Shown in pieces: positions 10,026 to 18,765 of a DNA stretch of 64,000 bases. Each line of letters starts with the position of its first letter. Positions within the stretch are counted from its first letter, which is position 1. The position numbers and the translations under genes are program-made. Under the pieces are notes generated by a model that saw only the letters and a program-made list of their open reading frames with translations, had not been told where the DNA came from and ran no database searches. The stretch comes from an uncultured Alphaproteobacteria bacterium (GTDB lineage Bacteria > Pseudomonadota > Alphaproteobacteria > ATCC43930 > CGMCC-115725), in assembly GCA_963733945.1 (NCBI GenBank), contig CAVTFD010000015.1, forward strand, positions 26,728 through 90,727, written 5' to 3'.

Positions 10026-10112
10026 AAGCTATGATACGGAAAATACGAGCGCCGCCACCTGTCCAGATCGCGCGGCTGGTAGAAGCGAATTCGATAGCTC
10101 GCTGCACCGGCC
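10026..10112 (-). promoter_or_regulatory. conserved upstream box, copy A (upstream of marR-emrA-emrB)
   Basis: Aligns by eye with 11718-11800 and 13508-13600. Shared blocks TATGATACGnAAAA, GATAATArGC, and GGCTGGyAG...GAATTCGATrGCTCG (core GAATTCGAT at 10087-10095). Confidence 0.35.
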
Positions 10113-11666
10113 TCAGCCGGCGCGCACGCTCCGGGCACCTACGGCGACCGGCACCGCACGGGTCTGCCGTGGCGGTCGCACCACCAGCAACAGCGGGATC
10201 ATGGCAGCCACGATGATCATCATCGAGGTGAATACGTCGATATAGGCGACCATCGAGGCTTGGCGGGTGACCTCGACGTTGAGCGCCGCAAGACCAGACG
10301 GGTTGCTGAGGCTGAACGGCGCCGCCAGAAACGGGGCTCGGGCGAGCGGGTTGTCCGGACGCAAATGCTCGACGAGCCGGGAATGGACAATCTGAGTGTT
10401 CTGGATCAGCAAGGTCTCGAAGATCGAGATGCCGATGCTGCCGCCGAGATTGCGCATCAGGCTGCGTAATGCGGTGCCCTGGGTCATAATGTGACGCGGC
10501 AGGTTGGAAAGCGCCAAGGTGTTCAGCGGGACGAAGGTGCAGCCCAATCCGAACCCCTGCAGCACCCCCGACGTAATGACCGGCGCCATCCCCATCTGCA
10601 GCGAAAAACCGGTCATCTGCCACAACGAGATTACGGTCATCAGTAGCCCCGCCAGGATGATCAGCCGGTGGTCGAGGCGGTTCATCAACCGCCCGACGAA
10701 GAACATCGCCGCCATCGTGCCGACGCCGCGCGGTGCGGTCACCAGCCCGGTCAGGAATACCGGATAGTCCATCAAGGATTGCAGCATCGTCGGGACCAAA
10801 GCCAGCGTGCCGCTGAGGATGCCGCCGACAAAAAACATCAGGATCGTGCCGGCCGCGAAGTTCATGTTCTTTAAGAGACCGCGATTCAGGAACGACCGCT
10901 CACCCGCGGTCGCCGTATGGACGATGAAAAGGTATCCCGCGACCGCGGCGATCGCCGCCTCGGCCCAGATCTCGGTCGAGCCGAACCAATCCTTAAGTTG
11001 ACCCCGGTCGAGCATCAACTGCAGTGCGCCGATCGCGATGCTCAACGTGGCGAATCCGAAGAAATCGAACGCCTCGCGATGCGGGTGCCGCGCTTCGCGG
11101 ATGAACACCAGGATACCGATCGAAGCGATCAACCCGACCGGCACATTGATGTAGAATATCCATCGCCAGTTATAGTCCTCGGTCAGCCAACCGCCGAGCA
11201 TCGGGCCAAAGATTGGCCCCAGCATCACACCGATGCCCCAGACTGCGATCGCCTGGCCGTGCCGTTCCGGCGGGTTGATCTGCAGCAGCACCGATTGCGA
11301 CAACGGCACCAGCCCGGCGCCGAAGACGCCTTGCAGCAGGCGAAAGATCACCAACTCGGCCAGGCTGGTGGCGCTGCCGCACAAGGCCGAGGCCACGGTG
11401 AAGCCTGCGACCGAGATCAAGAACACGTATTTTATGCCAAAGCGGCCGGCAAGCCAGCCGGTCAGCGGCATGGTGATCGCCGCGGCGACAATGTACGAGG
11501 TCAGCACCCAGGCGATCTGGTCCTGGGCCGCCGACAGGCTGCCTTGGATATGGGGCAGCGCCACATTGGCGATCGTGTTGTCGACGCCCTGCATGATCGT
11601 CGCCAGCATGATCGAGACCGTGATCGCGCCGCGATGGCCGAGCGGGCTGCGCGCCTCGCCTCTCAC
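10113..11666 (-). CDS. DHA2 (EmrB/QacA) MFS efflux transporter, paralog 2
   Basis: 517 aa. Collinear with paralogs 1 and 3 over the full length (for example LPHIQGSLSAAQDQIAWVLTSYIVAAAI). Confidence 0.9.
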   Translation of the reverse strand: MRGEARSPLGHRGAITVSIMLATIMQGVDNTIANVALPHIQGSLSAAQDQIAWVLTSYIVAAAITMPLTGWLAGRFGIKYVFLISVAGFTVASALCGSATSLAELVIFRLLQGVFGAGLVPLSQSVLLQINPPERHGQAIAVWGIGVMLGPIFGPMLGGWLTEDYNWRWIFYINVPVGLIASIGILVFIREARHPHREAFDFFGFATLSIAIGALQLMLDRGQLKDWFGSTEIWAEAAIAAVAGYLFIVHTATAGERSFLNRGLLKNMNFAAGTILMFFVGGILSGTLALVPTMLQSLMDYPVFLTGLVTAPRGVGTMAAMFFVGRLMNRLDHRLIILAGLLMTVISLWQMTGFSLQMGMAPVITSGVLQGFGLGCTFVPLNTLALSNLPRHIMTQGTALRSLMRNLGGSIGISIFETLLIQNTQIVHSRLVEHLRPDNPLARAPFLAAPFSLSNPSGLAALNVEVTRQASMVAYIDVFTSMMIIVAAMIPLLLVVRPPRQTRAVPVAVGARSVRAG

Positions 11667-11717
11667 CGAAGCCCCCGGTCTCGCAACATCACTGTCCGCG
11701 GGCGATTGTCGACCATC

Positions 11718-11800
11718 TGGTTATGATACGCAAAACCGAGCCGCCGCCTTCGCAATTCGTGAGCGCGCCAGGTACCAAGAAATTCGATGGGTTGAACGCC
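11718..11800 (-). promoter_or_regulatory. conserved upstream box, copy B (upstream of emrB paralog 2)
   Basis: TTATGATACGCAAAACCGAGCCGCCGCC ... GAAATTCGATGG is homologous to copies A and C. Confidence 0.35.
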
Positions 11801-11819
11801 GAGGCTCGGGGGCCGGTAT

Positions 11820-13376
11820 CTAGCCCGCGCGGCGCGGCCGCATCGTGCGCGGGTCAAGAGCAGGGGCGACGTCGGGCCGGCTCGGGCGGATCAGCAACAG
11901 CAGAAAGCAGGAGCCGATCGTAATGATCATCATCAGCGCAAAGTTATTAATATAGGCGACCATCGCCGCTTGCCGGGTGATCTCGGCGTTGAGCGCGGCG
12001 ATGCCGGGAGGGGTCGTCAGGCTGTAAGGCGCGGCGAGATAGGGCGCGCGAGCCAGCGGGTTGTCCGGCCGCAGTTGTTCGACCAGGCGGGAATGCACGA
12101 TCTGGGTGTTCTGGGTCAGCAAGGCCTCGAGCACGGCGATGCCGATGCTGCCGCCGAGATTGCGCATCAGGCTGCGCAGCGCGGTTCCCTGGGTCAGGAT
12201 GTGCCGAGGCAGGTTCGACAACGCGATCGTATTCAGCGGCACAAACGTGCATCCGAGGCCAAATCCCTGAATTAAGCCGGAGACGATGATCGGCTGCATC
12301 CCCATCGCCAACGAGAACTCGGTCATTTGCCACATCGAGAGCGCGGTCAGCAGCAGGCCGAAAAGAATGATCAGCCGGTTGTCGACGCGATCGATCATGC
12401 GGGCGACGAGGAACATTGCGATCATCGAGCCGATGCCGCGCGGTGCGGTCACCAAGCCGGTCGTCAGCACCGGATAGTTCATCAAATCCTGCAGCATCGT
12501 CGGCAACAGCGCCAAGGTGCCGTTCATGATCAGCCCGACCAGGAACATCAGCGCGGTGCCGACGGTGAAATTGAGGTTTTTCAACAAATCGCGGTTCACG
12601 AACGAACGGTCGGTCGCGGTCGCCGTGTGCACGACGAACAGGTAGAACGCGACGCCGCAAAGCCCGGCATAGACCCAAATCTCGGTCGAGCCGAACCAGT
12701 CCTTCAGCTCGCCGCGATCGAGCAGCATCTGCAAGGCGCCGATCGCCACGCTCAACGTGACGAACCCCAGCAGATCGAACGGCTCGCGATGGGCGTGGCG
12801 GCTCTCGCGGCCGAAGATCAACATGCCGAGGGTGGCGACGATCCCGACCGGGAGGTTGATGTAAAATACCCAACGCCAGTTATAGTCATAGGTGAGCCAG
12901 CCGCCGAGCACCGGTCCGCAGATCGGCCCCAAGATCGTGCCGATACCGAACACCGCCATCGCTTGGCCGTGCCGCTCCGGCGGGTTGATTTGCAATAAGA
13001 CCGCCTGAGACAGCGGCACCATCCCGGCGCCGCAGATGCCTTGCAGCCCGCGAAAGAGCACAAGCTCGGTCAGGCTGGTGGCGCTGCCGCATAAGACGGA
13101 GGCCAAGGTGAAGCCCGCGACCGAGAGCACGAACACGATCTTGATGCCGAACCGGCCGGCCAGCCAGCCGGTCAAGGGCATCATGATCGCCGCAGCGACA
13201 ATGTAGGAGGTCAGCACCCAAGAGATTTGATCCAGCGAGGCCGACAAGCTGCCGCGGATGTGAGGAAGCGCCACGTTGGCGATCGTGGTGTCGAGCCCCT
13301 GCATGATGTTGGCCAGCATGATCGCGACGGTCAGCGGCCCGCGATTGGCCATTGTCGACCGCGGCGCAGTCTTCAC
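11820..13376 (-). CDS. DHA2 (EmrB/QacA) MFS efflux transporter, paralog 3
   Basis: 518 aa with the same architecture (LPHIRGSLSASLDQISWVLTSYIVAAAI...). Confidence 0.9.
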   Translation of the reverse strand: MKTAPRSTMANRGPLTVAIMLANIMQGLDTTIANVALPHIRGSLSASLDQISWVLTSYIVAAAIMMPLTGWLAGRFGIKIVFVLSVAGFTLASVLCGSATSLTELVLFRGLQGICGAGMVPLSQAVLLQINPPERHGQAMAVFGIGTILGPICGPVLGGWLTYDYNWRWVFYINLPVGIVATLGMLIFGRESRHAHREPFDLLGFVTLSVAIGALQMLLDRGELKDWFGSTEIWVYAGLCGVAFYLFVVHTATATDRSFVNRDLLKNLNFTVGTALMFLVGLIMNGTLALLPTMLQDLMNYPVLTTGLVTAPRGIGSMIAMFLVARMIDRVDNRLIILFGLLLTALSMWQMTEFSLAMGMQPIIVSGLIQGFGLGCTFVPLNTIALSNLPRHILTQGTALRSLMRNLGGSIGIAVLEALLTQNTQIVHSRLVEQLRPDNPLARAPYLAAPYSLTTPPGIAALNAEITRQAAMVAYINNFALMMIITIGSCFLLLLIRPSRPDVAPALDPRTMRPRRAG

Positions 13377-13507
13377 CGTGCCTTTTCCGACAGGCCGGGC
13401 CGGCGACAGCGCCGGGCGGAAAGGCAGGCCGCGTCAAACCTTAGCATCGATGCCGCGTTTCCTCCTCCGGGGCGATTCGGGCCTTCGGCCCTATTTCAGA
13501 ATTGTGA

Positions 13508-13600
13508 CGCGATAATAGGCAGCTCCGACCAATACCCAAAAGCTGCATCGCAGCGCAATTGCGTGGCTGGCAGTCGAGAATTCGATGGCTCGGTGGCCCT
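13508..13600 (-). promoter_or_regulatory. conserved upstream box, copy C (upstream of emrB paralog 3)
   Basis: GCGATAATAGGC ... GGCTGGCAGTCGAGAATTCGATGGCTCGGTG is homologous to copy A. Confidence 0.35.
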
Positions 13601-13715
13601 CCTTGTCGAGGACCGAAAATCGTTCCACAGTTTCACTTGAGTGGTCCGGGCCCCGTCGCACCTTGACACCACCGTCCGAAGGCAGCCAACGGCGAGAAAT
13701 TCGTTGCCCGATCCT

Positions 13716-14492
13716 ATGCCCGTTCAAGCCTCGACCTTGGTTGAGGCGCTGATCAACAGTGCCGAGCCGGAGTTGTGGCGACGATACTGCCGTCTCGCGG
13801 CCGAACTCGAAGGCCGTCCTGCGGTCGCGCCGGTCTATGCCCCCGGTTCAATGGAGTGGCAGGCACAGCAGGAACAGAAATCCAATCAGGCCGATCAGGC
13901 TGTGCCGGGTTACGTAGAAGCTGCAGGCCGCAAGCGGATCTCGCAGCGGGGCACGCCGGCGCCATTCGCCGGGGCGCCTTCGCCGTTTGGTAGCGCCCAA
14001 AGTGAGAAATTCGATGCATTTCTCGCGCGGCATCGCGGCCCCCTATCCGTGCTCGCAGAGATCGATGCGATCGAACACCAGCTGGTCGGCGCGTTGGAGG
14101 CGGCCGGTAGTTCCGGCCGATGCCGTGCCACCGGGTTTCGCGACGGCGCGAGAATCGAGCTATCGGCAGCCTGGTTCGGGCGGATGCAATTCGATTTCGG
14201 GAGGAATTCGGTGGTCCTGCCGGACGGTTCCGAGATCGCCGGCCTCGAGGTAACGAGCGGTTCGCCCGCCCCTGTCGCCGGTCGTGGGCGCGAGCGCGCG
14301 GCGCGGGCAATGCTCCGTGAGGCGCTGATCGCCCTGTGGCAGCGTGGCGCCTTCACTGCCGGGACCGGAAACGAGAGGGTTTTGGCGTTGGCGCTGCGCG
14401 AGCTCGCGCTGTCCCCCTCTGATCCGCCTTACGGCTTCAAGAGCGCCGAGACCGTGCGAAAGCTCCGAAGGGCGTTGAAGATGTCGCTCTAG
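13716..14492 (+). CDS. hypothetical protein
   Basis: Long ORF (track 13641..14492) in a plausible frame with no recognisable motif. The internal ATG at 13716 (MPVQAST...) is the preferred start because 13508-13600 holds the emrB upstream box. Confidence 0.4.
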   Translation: MPVQASTLVEALINSAEPELWRRYCRLAAELEGRPAVAPVYAPGSMEWQAQQEQKSNQADQAVPGYVEAAGRKRISQRGTPAPFAGAPSPFGSAQSEKFDAFLARHRGPLSVLAEIDAIEHQLVGALEAAGSSGRCRATGFRDGARIELSAAWFGRMQFDFGRNSVVLPDGSEIAGLEVTSGSPAPVAGRGRERAARAMLREALIALWQRGAFTAGTGNERVLALALRELALSPSDPPYGFKSAETVRKLRRALKMSL

Positions 14493-14644
14493 CCGCTATC
14501 CCGATCAGCCGAGCTTGCCAGCTTCCAAGCTTGGAACTTCGCGAGTGCCGGTCATCTTTTAGCCGTCTATTTTCGCTTTCGGGTCACGGCTGGCCCGCCC
14601 GCGCTGTTGTCAGACCCCAACGCTTCTTCTCAGGGAACCAACGC

Positions 14645-14992
14645 ATGATCTTCCACCGCCTGATTGCCCCGCAGGGTATGGGCCCGACCACGATCGAATT
14701 GGCCGGCGGAGACCAGCTCGCGGTTCCGCCGAGCGGCGTTATCGAGATCCCGCACGCGCTCGAAATGCCCGGTGACGGTGGCGTCTTCGAGCCGGTCGAT
14801 CGCATCGTCGAAACAGCCTGGTTGCGGCAATTGCTCGATCTGGGCTTTCGCCATTTGCCGCCCGCCGGCCCGACCGGCGACCGTCCGCCCGCCGGCCGCT
14901 ACGAGGGCGACGCATTCTTCGACCAAACCCTCGGCCGCCCATTATGGTGGTCTGCCGGCGCCTGGCGCAGCGCCGACGGGGCAGAGGTTTAG
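14645..14992 (+). CDS. hypothetical protein
   Basis: Track ORF 14531..14992. The ATG at 14645 is preceded by AGGGA. 116 aa, Pro/Gly-rich, no recognisable domain. Confidence 0.4.
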   Translation: MIFHRLIAPQGMGPTTIELAGGDQLAVPPSGVIEIPHALEMPGDGGVFEPVDRIVETAWLRQLLDLGFRHLPPAGPTGDRPPAGRYEGDAFFDQTLGRPLWWSAGAWRSADGAEV

Positions 14993-15853
14993 ATTTCGGG
15001 GGCGAGAGCAAGGTCGAGAACTTCCGCCGGGGTCATTCCTGCCGCGCGTATCGCCCGGATCGTCTGCGCATCGTCACGCTTTGCGAGACGGCGGCCGGTT
15101 GCATCGGCTAACAACTGGTGATGCTGATAACGCGGCGTCGGGAGCCCCAGCAGCGCCTGCAGTAGACGATGGATATGCGTCGCCGGCGCGAGGTCTTCGC
15201 CGCGGGTGACCAACGTCACCCCTTGGATCGCATCGTCGACGGTGACCGCGAGGTGGTAGCTCGCTGGCGTCTCCTTGCGCGCCAGCACGACGTCGCCGAG
15301 CGCCGGCGGATCGGCTAGAACCCGACGCGGTTCGCCGCCGCCTTCCTCAACCCATTCGAGCGGGCCGGTCAAGGTTAGCGCCCGGGCTAGATCGAGCCTC
15401 AACGCATAATCGAGGCCCCGGTTTTGCTTTTCTTCGCGCTCCGTGGAGCTCAGCCGGCGACAGGTGCCGGGATAGAGCGGCCCCGCTTCGCCCTGCGGCG
15501 CGCCGCCGGCACGTGCGATCTCGGCCTGGATCGCACGCCGCGTGCAGAAGCACGGGTAAATCACGCCGAGCGTGGCCAGCCGGTTCGAGCGCGCGGCGAT
15601 AGTCATCGAAATGCTCGGACTGGCGGCGCACTGGCCCGTCCCAGGCGAGCCCTAGCCAAGCGAGGTCGTTGAGGATCGCTGCTGCGAATTCGTCGCGGCA
15701 GCGCCCCTGGTCGATATCCTCGAGCCGCAGCAGGAATCGCCCGCCGGCGGTCCGAGCGGCACGCCACCCTTCGAGCGCTGAGCGGACGTGGCCGAGATGC
15801 AGGTACCCGGTCGGGCTCGGGGCAAATCGCGTCACTACCGGCGCGGCGGTCAT
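14989..15853 (-). pseudogene. gluQ: glutamyl-Q tRNA(Asp) synthetase, split by an apparent +1 frameshift
   Basis: The N-terminal frame (15853 down) reads [20 protein letters not shown]...RLEDID...[10 protein letters not shown]. The C-terminal frame (track 14989..15606) continues [16 protein letters not shown]...YHLAVTVDD...VTRGEDL. The frames join at about 15580-15586, where there is one extra base in GAACCGG. Confidence 0.85.
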
Positions 15854-15935
15854 CGCGGCGCCGCCGCGGGTGACAGCAGAGCAGTCTTTCCGCTATGTCT
15901 GCATTTTTGCGCCGGCTTTTCGAAAGACCGCAGCA

Positions 15936-16602
15936 ATGACGCCCAAATTGTCCGGACCGTCGCGCCCCCCCGCGTCCGGCGGCAAGCCCAGCCGCCTCGT
16001 AATCCTGCTGCACGGGCTCGGGGCCGACGGCAACGATCTGATCGGGCTTGCCCCGTACTGGGCTCCGCTGCTGCCCGAGGCCGAGTTCCTGTCGCCGAAC
16101 GCACCATTCCCGTGCGACATGGCGCCTTATGGCTATCAGTGGTTCAGCTCGCAGGATCGCAGTCCGGCGGCGGTTCTGGCCGGGCGTGCGCGCCGTCGCC
16201 CCGATCCTCGACGCCTTCATCGACGAAGCGCTGGCCGAGCGCGGGTTCGGCGACAGCGATTTGGCGCTGGTCGGGTTCTCGCAGGGCACGATGATGTCGC
16301 TGTTCGTCGGGTTGCGGCGCGCCCAATCGGTAGCCGGCATCGTCGGCTTTTCCGGCCGGCTGCTCGCCCCCGAGCTGCTGGCGAATGAGTTGCGCTCGCG
16401 CCCCCGGATCTTGCTGGTCCACGGCACAGAAGACCCGCTCGTTCCCTACGCGTCGCTGGCGGCAGCCGAAACCGCGCTGACAAGCGCCGGCGTCCCGGTC
16501 GAGACGCTGACCTGCCCCGGCATCGGCCATTCGATTGACGAGGCCGGCTTGCGGCGCGGCGGGCACTTTCTCAGGGACGTGCTCGCGGAAAGGACGTCTT
16601 GA
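15936..16602 (+). pseudogene. phospholipase/carboxylesterase-family alpha/beta hydrolase, split by an apparent +1 frameshift
   Basis: Frame 1 from the ATG at 15936 reads [24 protein letters not shown]...[17 protein letters not shown]. Frame 2 (track 16048..16602) continues [14 protein letters not shown]...[10 protein letters not shown] (GxSxG)...LLVHGTEDPLVP...GHSI. The junction is at about 16182-16186 (GGG-C-GTG). Confidence 0.8.
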
Positions 16603-17161
16603 TTACCTCGTCCTCGCTCAGCAGGGGATCGATGATTGCCAGCATCTTTGGCGAATCCCATTCCGCCTCGCCTTCGACCCGGCCCAGCACCCGCCCCTGC
16701 CGATCGATCAGGAAGCTGGTCGGCAGGCCATCGACCTTGAACGCGCGGCCGACCGTGCTCTCTGGATCGAGATAAGTCTTGACCACTTTGAGCCCGAGCT
16801 TGGCGATAAACGGCGCAACGGCCTTGCTGCCGCCGCGATCCTCGGATATCGCGAGGATCGCGATCTTGTCGCCAAGTCGGGTTTGCAGCCGCTCGAGCGA
16901 CGGCATTTCGTGCCGGCACGGCGCGCACCAGGTGGCCCAGAGGTTGACGAGGACGAGCTTGCCGGCGAAATCGCGAAGACTGAGGGTTTTCCCGTCGGCG
17001 TCGGTAAAGACGGCCGGAGGGGCGGGCCGCGGCCGCGAGGCCGGGATGAACTCGCCTAAGGACGCCTGCCCGGCGGGGTCCGCATCGGCCTGCGCCGAGG
17101 CGCCCGGACCCGGTAGAGCCAGCAGCAAGGCCACCAGTAGAGTCCAGCCCGATCTCACCAT
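16571..17161 (-). CDS. TlpA-family periplasmic thiol:disulfide oxidoreductase
   Basis: Signal or anchor sequence [23 protein letters not shown]. Thioredoxin motif [17 protein letters not shown]. The track ORF extends to 17386, but the ATG at 17161 fits the signal peptide. Confidence 0.85.
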   Translation of the reverse strand: MVRSGWTLLVALLLALPGPGASAQADADPAGQASLGEFIPASRPRPAPPAVFTDADGKTLSLRDFAGKLVLVNLWATWCAPCRHEMPSLERLQTRLGDKIAILAISEDRGGSKAVAPFIAKLGLKVVKTYLDPESTVGRAFKVDGLPTSFLIDRQGRVLGRVEGEAEWDSPKMLAIIDPLLSEDEVIKTSFPRARP

Positions 17162-17173
17162 TGCAGCCTTCCA

Positions 17174-18604
17174 TTGCACCCGGGCAGTCGGATGAACGGC
17201 ACAGCGAAGCCGGGCAAGAGCGCGGCGAACGAGCAATGGGGCGGCCGCTTCACCGGCGGCCCGGCCGAGATCATGCGCCGCATCAACGCGTCCATCGATA
17301 TCGACAAGCGCCTGTGGGCCGAGGACATTGCCGGCTCCAAGGCGCATTGCGCGATGCTGGTGGCACAGAACATCCTGTCGCCGCAAGATGGAGCCGCCAT
17401 CGCTGCCGGTCTAGATCAAATCCGGGTCGAGATCGAAGGTGGGCGTTTCGCTTTCAGCGAGGCGCATGAGGACATTCACCTGAATGTCGAGGCGCGCCTA
17501 GCCGAACTGATCGGGCCGGCCGCCGGCCGGCTTCACACCGCGCGTTCGCGCAACGACCAAGTTGCAACCGATCTGCGGCTGTGGCTGCGCGCTACGATCG
17601 ACCGCCTCGACGCCGCGATGCAGGAACTGCAGCAGGCGCTGATCGATCGCGCCGAGGCCGAAGCCGATACGGTGATGCCGGGTTTCACCCATCTCCAAAT
17701 TGCTCAGCCGGTGACGTTGGGCCACCACCTGATGGCCTATGTGGAAATGGTCGGGCGCGACCGCGGGCGGCTTGCCGATTGCCGGCGCCGGATGAACGAA
17801 TCTCCGCTCGGCGCCGCCGCTCTTGCGGGCACCTCGTTCCCGATCGATCGCGAGGCGACCGCTGCGACGCTGGGCTTCGACCGGCCGGCGGCAAACTCGC
17901 TCGATGCGGTATCGGACCGGGATTTTGCCATCGAATTTCTCGCCGCGGCGGCGCTCGCCGGGACCCACCTGTCGCGCTTTGCCGAAGAGGTTGTTCTGTG
18001 GTGCAGCGACGGGTTCGGCTTTATCGCCCTGACCGACGCCTTTACCACCGGCAGCTCGATCATGCCGCAAAAGCGCAACCCCGACGCGGCCGAGCTGGTC
18101 CGGGCCAAAACCGGGCGGCTGAACGGCGCGCTGGTCGCGCTGCTGACGGTGATGAAGGGCCTGCCGCTGGCCTATGGCAAGGATATGCAGGAGGATAAGG
18201 TTTCGGTCTTCGAGGCCGCCGACACGCTCGAGCTCTGTCTCGCCGCGACAACAGGGATGGTGCGCGATCTGCAGCCGGATCGCCAGCGCCTGCGGGAAGC
18301 GGCCGGGCGTGGCTTCGCCACCGCGACCGACCTTGCCGACTGGCTGGTGCGCATTGGCGGGCTGCCGTTCCGGCAAGCGCACCATGCAACCGGACAGATC
18401 GTCAAGCGTGCCGAGGAGATGGGCTGCGCCCTCGCCGAGCTGCCGCTCGGCGAGTTGCAGGCGGTAGAGGCTAAGATCAGCGCGGCCGTCTATGACGTAC
18501 TCGACGCCGACCGGTCCGTCGCCAGCAGGATCAGCTTTGGCGGCACCGCTCCAGTGCGCGTCCGTGCCGCCGTCACCGCGGCGCGCAAGCGGTTTCTGGG
18601 ATGA
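17174..18604 (+). CDS. argH: argininosuccinate lyase
   Basis: WGGRFTGG, the signature [12 protein letters not shown], and full length of about 470 aa. The alternative start at 17192 (MNGTAKPG) is equally possible. Confidence 0.95.
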   Translation: MHPGSRMNGTAKPGKSAANEQWGGRFTGGPAEIMRRINASIDIDKRLWAEDIAGSKAHCAMLVAQNILSPQDGAAIAAGLDQIRVEIEGGRFAFSEAHEDIHLNVEARLAELIGPAAGRLHTARSRNDQVATDLRLWLRATIDRLDAAMQELQQALIDRAEAEADTVMPGFTHLQIAQPVTLGHHLMAYVEMVGRDRGRLADCRRRMNESPLGAAALAGTSFPIDREATAATLGFDRPAANSLDAVSDRDFAIEFLAAAALAGTHLSRFAEEVVLWCSDGFGFIALTDAFTTGSSIMPQKRNPDAAELVRAKTGRLNGALVALLTVMKGLPLAYGKDMQEDKVSVFEAADTLELCLAATTGMVRDLQPDRQRLREAAGRGFATATDLADWLVRIGGLPFRQAHHATGQIVKRAEEMGCALAELPLGELQAVEAKISAAVYDVLDADRSVASRISFGGTAPVRVRAAVTAARKRFLG

Positions 18605-18765
18605 CAGGCCCGCGAGAGGGGCTGCGCGCGTTGCGGGCCGCTGGCGGGATAGTCCTCCTCGCCCTCGTTCTCGCCCTGGAATTGGGGGGTTGCGGCAGGA
18701 AAAACGCGCCAATCCCGCCGCCCGGGGTGCCCAATACCTACCCGCGGCAATACCCCCATGGGTAA
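18601..18765 (+). CDS. small lipoprotein (LptM/YifL-like), 54 aa
   Basis: Below the track size cut-off. The ATG overlaps the argH stop (ATGA) and the stop overlaps the lysA start. Sequence [42 protein letters not shown]... has a lipobox L-G-G-C. A small lipoprotein gene in front of lysA or dapF is a common proteobacterial arrangement. Confidence 0.55.
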   Translation: MTGPREGLRALRAAGGIVLLALVLALELGGCGRKNAPIPPPGVPNTYPRQYPHG

